DNA of 64,000 bases from an uncultured Flavobacteriaceae bacterium (GTDB taxonomy: Bacteria; Bacteroidota; Bacteroidia; Flavobacteriales; Flavobacteriaceae), in NCBI GenBank assembly GCA_964398035.1, contig CAYNLI010000001.1, positions 8,785-72,784 of the forward strand, given 5' to 3'. The position numbers and the translations under genes were made by a program. Under the pieces are notes generated by a model that had not been told where the DNA came from, searched no databases, and saw only the letters and a program-made list of their open reading frames with translations. Below, in pieces: positions 10,002 to 19,795 of the stretch (within the stretch, counting starts at the first letter, position 1; each line of letters begins with the position of its first letter).

Positions 10002-11240
10002 ATGCGAACAATTCTTATCCTAGTCTTTCTCTTTACCATCCCATTATTTGGACAAGTACAAGAAGAGATAAATCCACCTGAAAACATTAAATCTATAATC
10101 TTTAAGGGAACAACGGAAGATCAATTTCCCATTGTGCAATTGGGAGAATCTTTTCATCTGGAATTTGATGATACTTTAGCGCAAGAACAAGATTATTATT
10201 ATAAAATTGTACACTGCAATTACGATTGGACACCTTCCTCTCTTTTAAAATCACAATATCTTAATGGAATGGACAATCAGCGCATTATAGATTATGGAAA
10301 TAGTTATAGCACACTACAACCCTATTCCAACTACAACCTTACCATACCCAATAATAATGTCAGATTAAAGGCCAGCGGTAATTATATGTTAGAAATTTAT
10401 AATAATAGTTATGAACTTCAATTTTCTAGACGGTTTGTAATTTATAAGGATATTGCCAAAGTTGGGGCGGTCATAAAAAGGTCTAGGGACTTTGCATACC
10501 TTAATGAGAAGCAAGTGGTACAGTTTACTATAAATCCATCAGGCTTTCAATTGGTAAACCCAAAGAGAGAGGTAAAAGTGGTTATTATACAAAACTACCA
10601 TTGGCCAACCGCTTTATATAATATTGCTCCGCAATACACTCTTGGAAGTAAATTAGTATACAAATACGACCAAGAAACCAGTTTTTTTGGCGGAAATGAA
10701 TTTCTGAATTTTGATACCAGTGATCTACGTGCACCCAGTGCCGCCATATCAAAAATTGAATACAAAGAACTTTACCATCACATTTTGTTTGCAGATAGGC
10801 ATCGTGCAGATAGGCCATATACCTATTACCCTGATATCAATGGTGATTTTGTAATCCGTACGCTACAAGGCAATGACAACTCTAGGGAAGCAGAATACAC
10901 CCAAGTGCATTTTAGCATTCCTTACACAACAAACATTGGACTGAGTGATGTTTATGTCTTTGGAAAATTCAACAATTATGATTTGAATGAAGATAACAAA
11001 ATGGTCTATAATGAAGAGTCTGGATACTTAGAAGCTACCATTAAAATAAAACAAGGTTTTAACAATTACAAGTACGTCATAAAGAATGAAAACGGCACTA
11101 TAGACCTAAATACCATTGGCGGTAATTTTCATTTCACAGAGAACAACTACACCATTTTGGTCTACTATAGAAACTTTGGAGACCTATATGATAGCATTAT
11201 TGGAATAGGCTCTGCAAATTCAAGAGATATCAGCAATTAA
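10002..11240 (+). CDS. DUF5103 / type IX secretion system plug-like periplasmic protein
   Basis: Signal peptide ending LFG-Q; LEFD, YKIVHCNYDWTPS, GGNEF..FD, DING, IKQGFNNYKY, TENNY patterns of this family; ATG 10002 preferred. Confidence 0.75.
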   Translation: MRTILILVFLFTIPLFGQVQEEINPPENIKSIIFKGTTEDQFPIVQLGESFHLEFDDTLAQEQDYYYKIVHCNYDWTPSSLLKSQYLNGMDNQRIIDYGNSYSTLQPYSNYNLTIPNNNVRLKASGNYMLEIYNNSYELQFSRRFVIYKDIAKVGAVIKRSRDFAYLNEKQVVQFTINPSGFQLVNPKREVKVVIIQNYHWPTALYNIAPQYTLGSKLVYKYDQETSFFGGNEFLNFDTSDLRAPSAAISKIEYKELYHHILFADRHRADRPYTYYPDINGDFVIRTLQGNDNSREAEYTQVHFSIPYTTNIGLSDVYVFGKFNNYDLNEDNKMVYNEESGYLEATIKIKQGFNNYKYVIKNENGTIDLNTIGGNFHFTENNYTILVYYRNFGDLYDSIIGIGSANSRDISN

Positions 11241-11264
11241 TGTATATTTATCTTTTGAGGATAA

Positions 11265-12368
11265 ATGGACAACAAACCAACAATAATACCTAAAGGAAGA
11301 CACCTACTTAAATATCGGGGAACCGAATGTTTAAATTGCGGGCATCTTTTGGACATGAGCGATAAATACTGCCCCAATTGCTCACAGGCCAACAGCACAA
11401 AAAAATTGACACTTAAAGATTTTTTTGATGAATTTTTTAGCAATTTGTTCTCCTATGATTCCAAACTACTGCAAACCTTATCGGCACTTCTTATACGTCC
11501 AGGGTCAATCACCAAAGATTTTATCAAGGGCAAACGAGTATCATACACCAATCCCTTTCGTTTTTTATTGAGTTTGGCATTTGTTTATTTCTTAATGTTG
11601 AGTTTTTCTGGAGATTATGAAGAATTGAACAGCTATGGCTATAAAAGTAATGGCGACACCTTAAAAGAAGTCAATCTTAATTTTAGCTCCCCAAAAGAAG
11701 AAGGAGAAGAAGTCTTGAACGCTTTGGATTCTTTAAATGTATTGATTACAAATTCTAAAAAAGATTCTATACTACTGGCTGATCCTGAAAAATATTTCAA
11801 CGGTTTAAATGATAAACCCAAAGGAAATCGTCGTTATCAAAAATTAGAATTCTTCTATAAATTGACTGAAAATGAACAGATTAATAATTTTAAGGATGCT
11901 AAAGAACAGTACAATATAGAAGACACCTATGAAAACAGAGTTGCATTTGAAGTTTCTAACAGTATCTTTAAAGTATTTCAACAACCTGGAAGCTTTGCAA
12001 CTGACCTAATTTCCAAACTTCCTTTTTTGATATTTTTCTTTTTACCTGTATTCGCTTTGTTCATTTGGTTGGCTTATATCAGAAAAAAGCACAATTATAC
12101 CGATCATCTTATCTTTAGTTTTCATAATCAATCTTTGTTGTTTATCTTGCTCATTATTAGCTTTATAATAGATGCTATTTTTGAAGTGAACAGTTCTGGT
12201 ATTTTCTTGTTGATTTTTTCCATATATCTTTTTATAGCCATGTGGAAATTCTATGAACAGGGAATAATTAAAACCAGTATTAAATATATATTTCTAAATA
12301 CTGTCTTTTTTATATTGGCATTTTTTACAGCACTGGTATCAATAACTGTAAGTGCAATTACATATTGA
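11265..12368 (+). CDS. DUF3667 domain membrane protein
   Basis: N-terminal CLNCG..YCPNCSQ zinc ribbon; LLIRPG..GKRVSYTNPFR; multiple TM helices. Confidence 0.85.
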   Translation: MDNKPTIIPKGRHLLKYRGTECLNCGHLLDMSDKYCPNCSQANSTKKLTLKDFFDEFFSNLFSYDSKLLQTLSALLIRPGSITKDFIKGKRVSYTNPFRFLLSLAFVYFLMLSFSGDYEELNSYGYKSNGDTLKEVNLNFSSPKEEGEEVLNALDSLNVLITNSKKDSILLADPEKYFNGLNDKPKGNRRYQKLEFFYKLTENEQINNFKDAKEQYNIEDTYENRVAFEVSNSIFKVFQQPGSFATDLISKLPFLIFFFLPVFALFIWLAYIRKKHNYTDHLIFSFHNQSLLFILLIISFIIDAIFEVNSSGIFLLIFSIYLFIAMWKFYEQGIIKTSIKYIFLNTVFFILAFFTALVSITVSAITY

Positions 12369-12380
12369 AGATTAGAATAT

Positions 12381-12767
12381 ATGATTACACAAGTAACAAA
12401 AGGCATAAAAATATCTATAGACACTAGTTTTGAAGGAACTTTCTTTAAAAACTATAAAATGCACTTTGCCTTTGGCTACACCATCACCATAGAAAACCAG
12501 AGCAAGGATTCTGTGCAATTAACTTCTCGTCACTGGCAAATCTATGATGCTTTGAACGAAATGGAAATTGCGGATGGCGAAGGTGTTATTGGTAAAAAAC
12601 CCGTAATAAAACCAGGCGAATCCCACACCTATAGTTCTGGATGTCTTTTAGGTTCTCCTATTGGCGCAATGAGAGGTCACTACAATATGGTGAACTTTAG
12701 TTCTACTGAAAAATTCAGGGTATATATTCCTACTTTTAAATTTAGCGCTCCTTTTGCTTTAAATTAA
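12381..12767 (+). CDS. apaG: ApaG family protein
   Basis: YTITIEN, QLTSRHWQI, GEGVIGKKPVIKPGE, YSSGC. Confidence 0.93.
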   Translation: MITQVTKGIKISIDTSFEGTFFKNYKMHFAFGYTITIENQSKDSVQLTSRHWQIYDALNEMEIADGEGVIGKKPVIKPGESHTYSSGCLLGSPIGAMRGHYNMVNFSSTEKFRVYIPTFKFSAPFALN

Positions 12768-12849
12768 AAAATTTTACTTCTTTTTTAGTTTTACAAAACT
12801 GTTAGGTTTCACTAACTTTATCCCAAAATTTGTTTTAAAATACACAATT

Positions 12850-14484
12850 ATGGGTAAAGGATTTTTTCAAGTACCAACTGCATATAACGAACCGATAAAA
12901 AGTTATGCTCCCGGCACACCAGAAAGGGAAGCTGTTCTCAAACAATACAAAACCTATTTTAATGGAGGTGTTGATGTTCCCTTATATATTGGGAATGAAG
13001 AAATCCGGACAGGGAACACCAGACCCATGTCCCCACCCCATGACCATAAACATACTGTAGGGCAATATCATCTAGCAGAAAAGGAACATGTTTCCAAAGC
13101 AATTGCAAATGCATTGGAGGCACGTGACAATTGGGCAAACTTAACTTGGGAGCAACGCGCTGCTATTTTTATGAAAGCTGCCGAATTGCTAGCTGGACCA
13201 TACAGAGCAAAAATAAATGCTGCCACCATGATTGCGCAGTCCAAAACCATTCACCAAGCAGAGATTGATGCTGCCTGTGAGTTTATAGATTTTCTACGTT
13301 TTAATGTGGAATTTATGTCACAGATATATGAAGAGCAACCAGACTCTTCTGAAGGCATTTGGAACAGAGTAGAATACCGCCCGTTAGAAGGTTTTATTTA
13401 CGCCATTACACCATTTAATTTTACGGCCATAGCAGGAAACTTACCCGCCAGTGCTGCCATGATGGGCAATGTAGTGATATGGAAACCCAGTGACCATCAG
13501 GTTTTCTCAGCAAAGGTTATTGTAGATGTTTTTAAAGAAGCTGGTCTGCCAGACGGTGTTATAAATGTTATTTATGGTGACCCTGTGATGATTACCAAAA
13601 CAGTATTGGACAGTCCAGATTTTGCTGGAATCCATTTTACAGGTTCTACTTATGTATTTAAAGAACTGTGGAAGCAAATAGGAACCAATATCCACAATTA
13701 CAAAACCTATCCCAGAATTGTTGGGGAAACAGGAGGGAAAGATTTCATTATAGCACATTCTTCTGCCAAACCAGAACAAGTGGCAACTGCCATAATCCGT
13801 GGGTCATTTGAATTTCAAGGGCAAAAATGTAGTGCCGCATCAAGAGTATATCTGCCAAAATCCACGGCCAATGAAATATTGGATTTAGTGAAAGAAGACA
13901 TGAAATCTTTCAACAAACCAGGCTCACCAGAAGACATGAGCAATTTTATAACTGCTGTTATCCATGAAGGTTCGTTTGACAAACTAGCAAAATACATAGA
14001 CCAAGCCAAAAAGGACAAAAATGTAGAAGTCATTGCTGGTGGAGGATATGACAAATCCAAAGGGTACTTTATAGAGCCTACCGTATTATTGACCACCGAC
14101 CCAAAATACACCACAATGGAAACCGAACTTTTTGGACCAGTAGTGACCATCTATATTTACGAAGACAAAGATTGGAGCAAAACATTAAAATTAGTGGATT
14201 CCACTTCTGAATATGCATTGACAGGTGCTGTATTGTCCACAGACCGTTATGCCATTGATGAAGCTACCAAAACATTACAAAACAGTGCTGGGAATTTTTA
14301 TGTAAATGACAAGCCTACGGGAGCCGTTGTTGGTCAGCAACCATTTGGTGGCGCAAGAGCTTCTGGAACCAATGACAAAGCCGGTTCTCCACAAAACTTA
14401 TTGCGTTGGGTATCTCCACGGTTGATTAAAGAAACATTGGTGACACCAGAAGATTACAGATATCCATTTTTAGGCAAAGAATAA
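12850..14484 (+). CDS. pruA: L-glutamate gamma-semialdehyde (P5C) dehydrogenase
   Basis: ALDH motifs PFNFTAI, FTGS, GETGGKDF, FQGQKCSA, ELFGP, QPFGGARASGTNDKAG. Confidence 0.95.
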   Translation: MGKGFFQVPTAYNEPIKSYAPGTPEREAVLKQYKTYFNGGVDVPLYIGNEEIRTGNTRPMSPPHDHKHTVGQYHLAEKEHVSKAIANALEARDNWANLTWEQRAAIFMKAAELLAGPYRAKINAATMIAQSKTIHQAEIDAACEFIDFLRFNVEFMSQIYEEQPDSSEGIWNRVEYRPLEGFIYAITPFNFTAIAGNLPASAAMMGNVVIWKPSDHQVFSAKVIVDVFKEAGLPDGVINVIYGDPVMITKTVLDSPDFAGIHFTGSTYVFKELWKQIGTNIHNYKTYPRIVGETGGKDFIIAHSSAKPEQVATAIIRGSFEFQGQKCSAASRVYLPKSTANEILDLVKEDMKSFNKPGSPEDMSNFITAVIHEGSFDKLAKYIDQAKKDKNVEVIAGGGYDKSKGYFIEPTVLLTTDPKYTTMETELFGPVVTIYIYEDKDWSKTLKLVDSTSEYALTGAVLSTDRYAIDEATKTLQNSAGNFYVNDKPTGAVVGQQPFGGARASGTNDKAGSPQNLLRWVSPRLIKETLVTPEDYRYPFLGKE

Positions 14485-14526
14485 ACAAATCTATTATTTT
14501 AGTCATATGTCTAATCAAAGATGTGA

Positions 14527-14574
14527 CATTACATCAGTTTTATACACTTAAATAAATATAAAACTGATGTAATG
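14527..14574. repeat. Perfect 18-bp inverted repeat (12-nt spacer) downstream of pruA
   Basis: CATTACATCAGTTTTATA ... TATAAAACTGATGTAATG; AT-rich, no U-tract. Confidence 0.8.
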
Positions 14575-14633
14575 CATCTATATAAACAAGTTGCCAATAA
14601 TATGGCCCAAAAATAGAAACATCAGTATTTAAA

Positions 14634-15017
14634 ATGAAAATTTTAATATTTGGAGCATCAGGTTCTGGAACAACTACACTAGGAAGAGAGCTTAAAAAAA
14701 AGACAGAATTCAAACATTTAGATGTTGATGATTATTACTGGAAATCGACTGAACCACCCTTTCAAGAAAAAATACCATTAGTTGAAAGAAACAAAAAACT
14801 AACATCTGATTTCAAAAAATATGAAAATTTAATTATCAGTGGATCAATGGTAAGTTGGGGTAAACAATGGGAAAAAGCATTTGATTTAGCAATTTTTATT
14901 TACTTGGATAGCGATACAAGAATAAAACGCCTTGAAAAAAGAGAAATTGAAAGATATGGAAACAAACTTTTGACCGACAAGAAAACCCAACTGGATTCAA
15001 AAGCATTTCTAGAATGA
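14634..15017 (+). pseudogene. P-loop NMP-kinase-like (AAA family) gene, 3'-truncated
   Basis: Walker A GASGSGTTT, LDVDDYYW, RIKRLEKRE; stops at KAFLE-TGA, earlier than homologues as I recall them; abuts a DinB fragment. Confidence 0.65.
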
Positions 15018-15124
15018 GCACACTAGCTGGTCTTTTAACCGTTATGGAACATAATGGAGAACATAAAGGTCAATTAATCGCATATGCAAGATCCAACGGT
15101 GTTGTACCACCATGGAGCAAATAA
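15014..15124 (+). pseudogene. 3' remnant of a DinB-family gene
   Basis: Translates MSTLAGLLTVMEHNGEHKGQLIAYARSNGVVPPWSK*, matching the DinB C-terminal HxxxHxGQ..YxR..G..PP motif; N-terminal part missing. Confidence 0.75.
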
Positions 15125-15142
15125 ATTATTGAAAGCATTTAT

Positions 15143-15170
15143 AAAAAAGGAGCCAAATGGCTCCTTTTTT
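15143..15170. terminator. Bidirectional intrinsic terminator
   Basis: AAAAAAGGAGCC-aaat-GGCTCCTTTTTT between convergent genes. Confidence 0.85.
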
Positions 15171-15193
15171 GTTTTATCCAGTAAAAATCATCG

Positions 15194-15829
15194 TTACCCT
15201 TTATACTTCATTGGCAAATACACCACTTTTTTGGTTTCAAAAAAATCTTCTTTAAAATAGTCTTCCAAATCAAAAGTCTGTGCTGTACGGTAATCTTGTA
15301 ATTCTTCTGACAAGTCGCCACCTTTTAAATACAGAATGCCATTTTTTCTCTCCTGTAAAGATTCCTTTTTAATTTTTCCTTTTGTCCAATGAACAAAAGT
15401 TGGCATGGCTGCCACTGCTCTACTTACAATAAAATCAAATTGAGTTTTAAGCTCTTCCACTCGTCCATGCAAAGTATTAACATTCGTCAATCCTAATCCT
15501 TCTACCACTTCATTTACAACCTTTATTTTTTTACCAATAGCATCCACTAAAGTAAAATGGGTTTCAGGATACAGAATGGCCAAAGGAATACCCGGAAAAC
15601 CACCACCTGTGCCTACATCCAAAACAGAAGTCCCTGATTTAAATGCATGTATTTTGGCAATTCCCAAGGAATGTAAAACATGGCGCAAATACAATTCATC
15701 AATATCTTTTCTGGAAACCACATTTATTTTTTGGTTCCAGTCCTTATATAGATCTTCAAGTTGCAAAAATTGCTCTTGTTGTAGTTTTGTTAAATCTGGA
15801 AAATAGTTGAAAATTATGTCTGCTTTCAT
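15194..15829 (-). CDS. rsmG: 16S rRNA m7G527 methyltransferase
   Basis: WNQKINVVS, RHVLHSL, LDVGTGGGFPGIPLAI, VSRAV, LKGG. Confidence 0.96.
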   Translation of the reverse strand: MKADIIFNYFPDLTKLQQEQFLQLEDLYKDWNQKINVVSRKDIDELYLRHVLHSLGIAKIHAFKSGTSVLDVGTGGGFPGIPLAILYPETHFTLVDAIGKKIKVVNEVVEGLGLTNVNTLHGRVEELKTQFDFIVSRAVAAMPTFVHWTKGKIKKESLQERKNGILYLKGGDLSEELQDYRTAQTFDLEDYFKEDFFETKKVVYLPMKYKG

Positions 15830-15937
15830 TGATATTCCTTTAATTTTGTCAAAAATACTACTTTAGCCATCATAAGCCTTGTTTATGATTAAGACAATAC
15901 CTTAAAATAAAGTAGATTTAGATTAAATATAAATAGC

Positions 15938-17041
15938 ATGGATAAAGGAACAACTATTCGATTTTCAAGAAAGGATTCCGCCCAATTCTTTAAGACTTTA
16001 AACAAAAGGGTAAATGATTATTTTAAAGAGAAAGAAATAAAAAAAACAGGAGATTGGCGACTTCATTTAAAGACCGCCATCATGTTTGTTCTTTTCTTGG
16101 CTCCTTATTTTTTAATATTAACATTGGGATTGCCAAATTGGGCAAATCTTTTACTTACTATAGTAATGGGAGTGGGCATGGCTGGTGTTGGTATGAATGT
16201 AATGCATGATGGCAACCATGGTTCTTATTCTACCAAAAAATGGGTGAATAGCATTATGGGAGGAAGTATTTATATTCTTGCGGGCAATGTATACAATTGG
16301 CAGGTACAACACAACGTATTGCACCACACCTATACCAATATTCAAGGTCATGATGAAGATTTGGATGCTGGCCGTATTTTACGTTTCTCTAAACATACAA
16401 AATGGGAAAAATACCATAGATTTCAGCATTTTTACTCTGTCTTTTTATATGGACTACTAACCTTTAACTGGGCCATTACCACAGATTTTCAACAAATGTA
16501 CAGGTATACCAAAAGAAAACTTTCTTATGGGGAATTTCCTAATCCTATAGCAAATTGGAGTAAAATGGTCGTATTTAAATTAATCTATATAGGAATATGG
16601 ATTGTATTACCATTGGTAATCTTAGATATCTCATGGTGGAAATTATTAATCGGCTTCTTTGTAATGCACTATGTTGCAGGAGTAATCCTTAGTGTTGTAT
16701 TTCAATTGGCACATGTTATTGAAGAGGCGGAAACTCCTCTTCCAGATGAAAATGGTACTATGAAAAACACTTGGGCCATTCACCAATTATTCACCACTGT
16801 AAATTTCGGAAACAAAAGTAAAATAGTAAATTGGTTTACGGGTGGGTTAAACCATCAAGTAGAACATCATATATTCCCTAACATTAGCCACGTTCATTAC
16901 ACAAAAATCGGGGAAATTGTTAAACGAACAGCAAAAGAGTTTAATTTGCCTTACAACGAATATAAAACTACTAGAAAAGCCATAATTTCGCACTTCAAAC
17001 ATTTAAAAAAGTTGGGGCAAAACCCAGCATTACAATACTAG
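15938..17041 (+). CDS. Membrane acyl-CoA/fatty acid desaturase
   Basis: His boxes HDGNH, HNVLHH, QVEHH. Confidence 0.92.
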   Translation: MDKGTTIRFSRKDSAQFFKTLNKRVNDYFKEKEIKKTGDWRLHLKTAIMFVLFLAPYFLILTLGLPNWANLLLTIVMGVGMAGVGMNVMHDGNHGSYSTKKWVNSIMGGSIYILAGNVYNWQVQHNVLHHTYTNIQGHDEDLDAGRILRFSKHTKWEKYHRFQHFYSVFLYGLLTFNWAITTDFQQMYRYTKRKLSYGEFPNPIANWSKMVVFKLIYIGIWIVLPLVILDISWWKLLIGFFVMHYVAGVILSVVFQLAHVIEEAETPLPDENGTMKNTWAIHQLFTTVNFGNKSKIVNWFTGGLNHQVEHHIFPNISHVHYTKIGEIVKRTAKEFNLPYNEYKTTRKAIISHFKHLKKLGQNPALQY

Positions 17042-17057
17042 TAAACAGTTATAACGC

Positions 17058-18242
17058 ATGAGCAATCATTTATCTGAAAGAATCAATAAAATGTCTACTT
17101 CGGCCACATTAGCTATGGCCGCTAAAGCAAGAGAACTTAGAAACGAAGGCAAAGATATCATTGGTCTAAGTTTAGGAGAACCAGATTTTAATATTCCAGA
17201 TTTCATAAAAGATGCTGCTAAACAAGCAGTGGACGATAATTATAGTAGCTACTCTCCTGTGGATGGATATGCTGATCTTAAACAAGCTATTTCCAATAAG
17301 TTCAAAAGAGATAATGGATTGGATTATGGCATTAACCAAATTGTAGTTTCTACCGGAGCAAAACAATCATTGGCAAATATTGCCATGATAATGCTAAACA
17401 AGGGTGATGAAGTGATTTTACCTGCTCCATATTGGGTAAGTTATAGCGATATTGTAAAATTAGCAGAGGGGGTTCCTGTAGAAGTCCCTACATCTATTGA
17501 CACCGATTTTAAAATGACCCCAGAGCAGTTAGAGGCTGCCATAACGCCAAAAACCAAAATGATTTGGTTCAGCTCTCCTTGTAACCCAAGTGGCTCTGTA
17601 TACAGCCAAAAGGAACTAGAAGGCTTAGCAGCTGTTTTAAGAAATCATCCAAATATTTTTATTGTTTCTGATGAAATCTATGAGCACATCAACTTTACCA
17701 GTGGTCACGTTAGTATTGCGAGCATTGATGGCATGTATGACAGAACCATTACAGTCAATGGGGTATCTAAAGCCTTTGCTATGACTGGATGGAGAATTGG
17801 ATATATTGGCGCACCGGAATGGGTGGCCAAAGCATGTACTAAATTTCAAGGACAGATTACAAGCGGTGCCAATGCCATTGGACAACGTGCTACCATAGCT
17901 GCGCTTGAAGCCCCTGTGAGCAAAATTAAATTCATGGTTGATGAATTTCATAGAAGACGTGATATAATATTGGAACTTCTTGGAGAAATTGATGGTTTTA
18001 AATTAAACGTCCCTGAAGGTGCTTTTTATGTATTCCCAGACATTTCTAGCTTTTTTGGCAAAACCTTGAACGGAACTGTTATAAACAACGCATCAGACTT
18101 TGCCATGCACCTTCTTGAAAATGCTAACGTAGCAACAGTTACAGGAGAAGCTTTTGGAAACCCTAATTGTATCCGTATTTCTTATGCGGCATCAGAAAAA
18201 GAATTGCGAGAAGCAATAGCTAGGATTAAAGCAGTAGTATAA
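17058..18242 (+). CDS. PLP-dependent aminotransferase class I/II (aspartate aminotransferase-like)
   Basis: GEPDF, GAKQ, SPCNPSG, SDEIY, SKAFAMTGWRIGY, RISYA. Confidence 0.92.
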   Translation: MSNHLSERINKMSTSATLAMAAKARELRNEGKDIIGLSLGEPDFNIPDFIKDAAKQAVDDNYSSYSPVDGYADLKQAISNKFKRDNGLDYGINQIVVSTGAKQSLANIAMIMLNKGDEVILPAPYWVSYSDIVKLAEGVPVEVPTSIDTDFKMTPEQLEAAITPKTKMIWFSSPCNPSGSVYSQKELEGLAAVLRNHPNIFIVSDEIYEHINFTSGHVSIASIDGMYDRTITVNGVSKAFAMTGWRIGYIGAPEWVAKACTKFQGQITSGANAIGQRATIAALEAPVSKIKFMVDEFHRRRDIILELLGEIDGFKLNVPEGAFYVFPDISSFFGKTLNGTVINNASDFAMHLLENANVATVTGEAFGNPNCIRISYAASEKELREAIARIKAVV

Positions 18243-18263
18243 AAAGAGAATAGTAATAATATG

Positions 18264-18303
18264 GTCGGTCTATGGTTTTCTAAACTATATGACCGACTTT
18301 TTT
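18264..18303. terminator. Hairpin/terminator between convergent aminotransferase and trkH
   Basis: GTCGGTC-TATGGTTT / AAACTATA-t-GACCGAC stem followed by a T-run. Confidence 0.6.
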
Positions 18304-19792
18304 ATGTTGATTTCCAAAAGTACGGAGTCAATAAAATCAGCACAGTAAACAGTTCTAACCTTCCTGCCAACATTAAAAAACCACACCACCATTTACCAAT
18401 ATCTGGTAAGCTATTGTAATTGCTTATTGGGTTAAGGCTTCCCAAAGCTGGTCCTACATTTCCCAATGAAGAAGCTGCTCCGCCAATAGCTGATTGAAAA
18501 TCCAATCCTATAAAGCCCAAAACCAATGCTCCAATTATAAACAACAACATATAAAGTACAAAAAAGGCTATTATATTATAGACAATATGCTCCTTAACTG
18601 TTTTATTATTATACCTCACAGGAATAATAGCATTGGGGTGCAGTGTTCTTTTAAACTCTAACAAACCATTCTTAATAATCAATAAATGCCTCATTACTTT
18701 GATTCCACCAGCAGTAGAACCTGCAGACCCACCTAAAAAGAACAATCCAAAAAATAAAATCGTTAAAAAGGGCGTCCAAGCTGTAAAATCAGCGGTAACA
18801 AATCCCGTAGTGGTAATCACTGAAATAACTTGAAACAACGCATGCCTAAAAGAGCTTTCTCCATGACCTAAAACCATTGGATGAAAATCTGAAACAGGGA
18901 CATTTGCCTTAAAATAAACTACAGCCGTAGTAACTATAGCAAAAAGTATGATAAATACAGTGTAATACTTAACTTCTTCATCTTTAATGATGCGCTGTAT
19001 TTTTCCCTTAAAAGCAAAATAACTCAACACAAAATTACTACCTGCCAAAAACATAAAAAATATTACTATATATTGAATCAATGGTTCATTGTTCCAATAA
19101 GCCAAACTGGCATTTTTGGTGGAAAAACCTCCTGTTGACAAGGTTGCCAAAGAATGGTTGATAGCATCAAAAAAGGACATTCCCGCCAACTTTAACAAAA
19201 GTGTTTCAGCTGCCGTATAACCAACATATATAAGCCAAAGTCTTTTGGCCGTATCCGTAATTCTAGGATGTAACTTATCACCGCCAGGACCAGGAGCTTC
19301 AGCAGCAAACAACTGCATGCCGCCTATTCCCAGCAAAGGTAATATGGCAATGGCCAAAACAATAATCCCCATGCCTCCTATCCAATGTGTAAGGCTACGC
19401 CAAAACAAAATTCCCTCTGGCAGGGATTCTATGTCATTCAAAATTGTTGCCCCTGTTGTTGTATAGCCAGAAATAGTTTCAAAAAAAGCATTGGTAACAT
19501 CTGGTATGGCACCAGAAAATAAATATGGAAGCATTCCTGATGCTGACATGACCAGCCAGCCAAAAGTGACAATCATATAGCCTTCCTTACGTTTTACCTC
19601 TTTTTTATGCCCTCTAGTATAGAACATGGACAAAACTCCAATAAGCATGGTTACAATTGCAGCAAGAGTAATATCCATCGTAACTCCATCCTTGTACATG
19701 CCACTTACAAAAGCAGCTATCAACATAAAAAAACCATTGCACAGCAACAGTAATCCCATAAGATGAATAATGATTTTAGAATTAAATTTCAT
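18302..19792 (-). CDS. trkH: TrkH potassium uptake membrane protein
   Basis: Pore motifs SGYTTTGAT, STGGFS, TTTGF, GSTAGGIK, GNVGP, GRLE. Confidence 0.95.
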   Translation of the reverse strand: MKFNSKIIIHLMGLLLLCNGFFMLIAAFVSGMYKDGVTMDITLAAIVTMLIGVLSMFYTRGHKKEVKRKEGYMIVTFGWLVMSASGMLPYLFSGAIPDVTNAFFETISGYTTTGATILNDIESLPEGILFWRSLTHWIGGMGIIVLAIAILPLLGIGGMQLFAAEAPGPGGDKLHPRITDTAKRLWLIYVGYTAAETLLLKLAGMSFFDAINHSLATLSTGGFSTKNASLAYWNNEPLIQYIVIFFMFLAGSNFVLSYFAFKGKIQRIIKDEEVKYYTVFIILFAIVTTAVVYFKANVPVSDFHPMVLGHGESSFRHALFQVISVITTTGFVTADFTAWTPFLTILFFGLFFLGGSAGSTAGGIKVMRHLLIIKNGLLEFKRTLHPNAIIPVRYNNKTVKEHIVYNIIAFFVLYMLLFIIGALVLGFIGLDFQSAIGGAASSLGNVGPALGSLNPISNYNSLPDIGKWWCGFLMLAGRLELFTVLILLTPYFWKST

Positions 19793-19795
19793 ACA

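Noticed and set aside
15015..15017. TGA at a probable Trp position of the kinase: recoding, genetic code 4 or selenocysteine?
   Set aside because: Readthrough hits TAG two codons later, TGA ends other genes here, and Trp is TGG throughout; a deletion junction explains it better.
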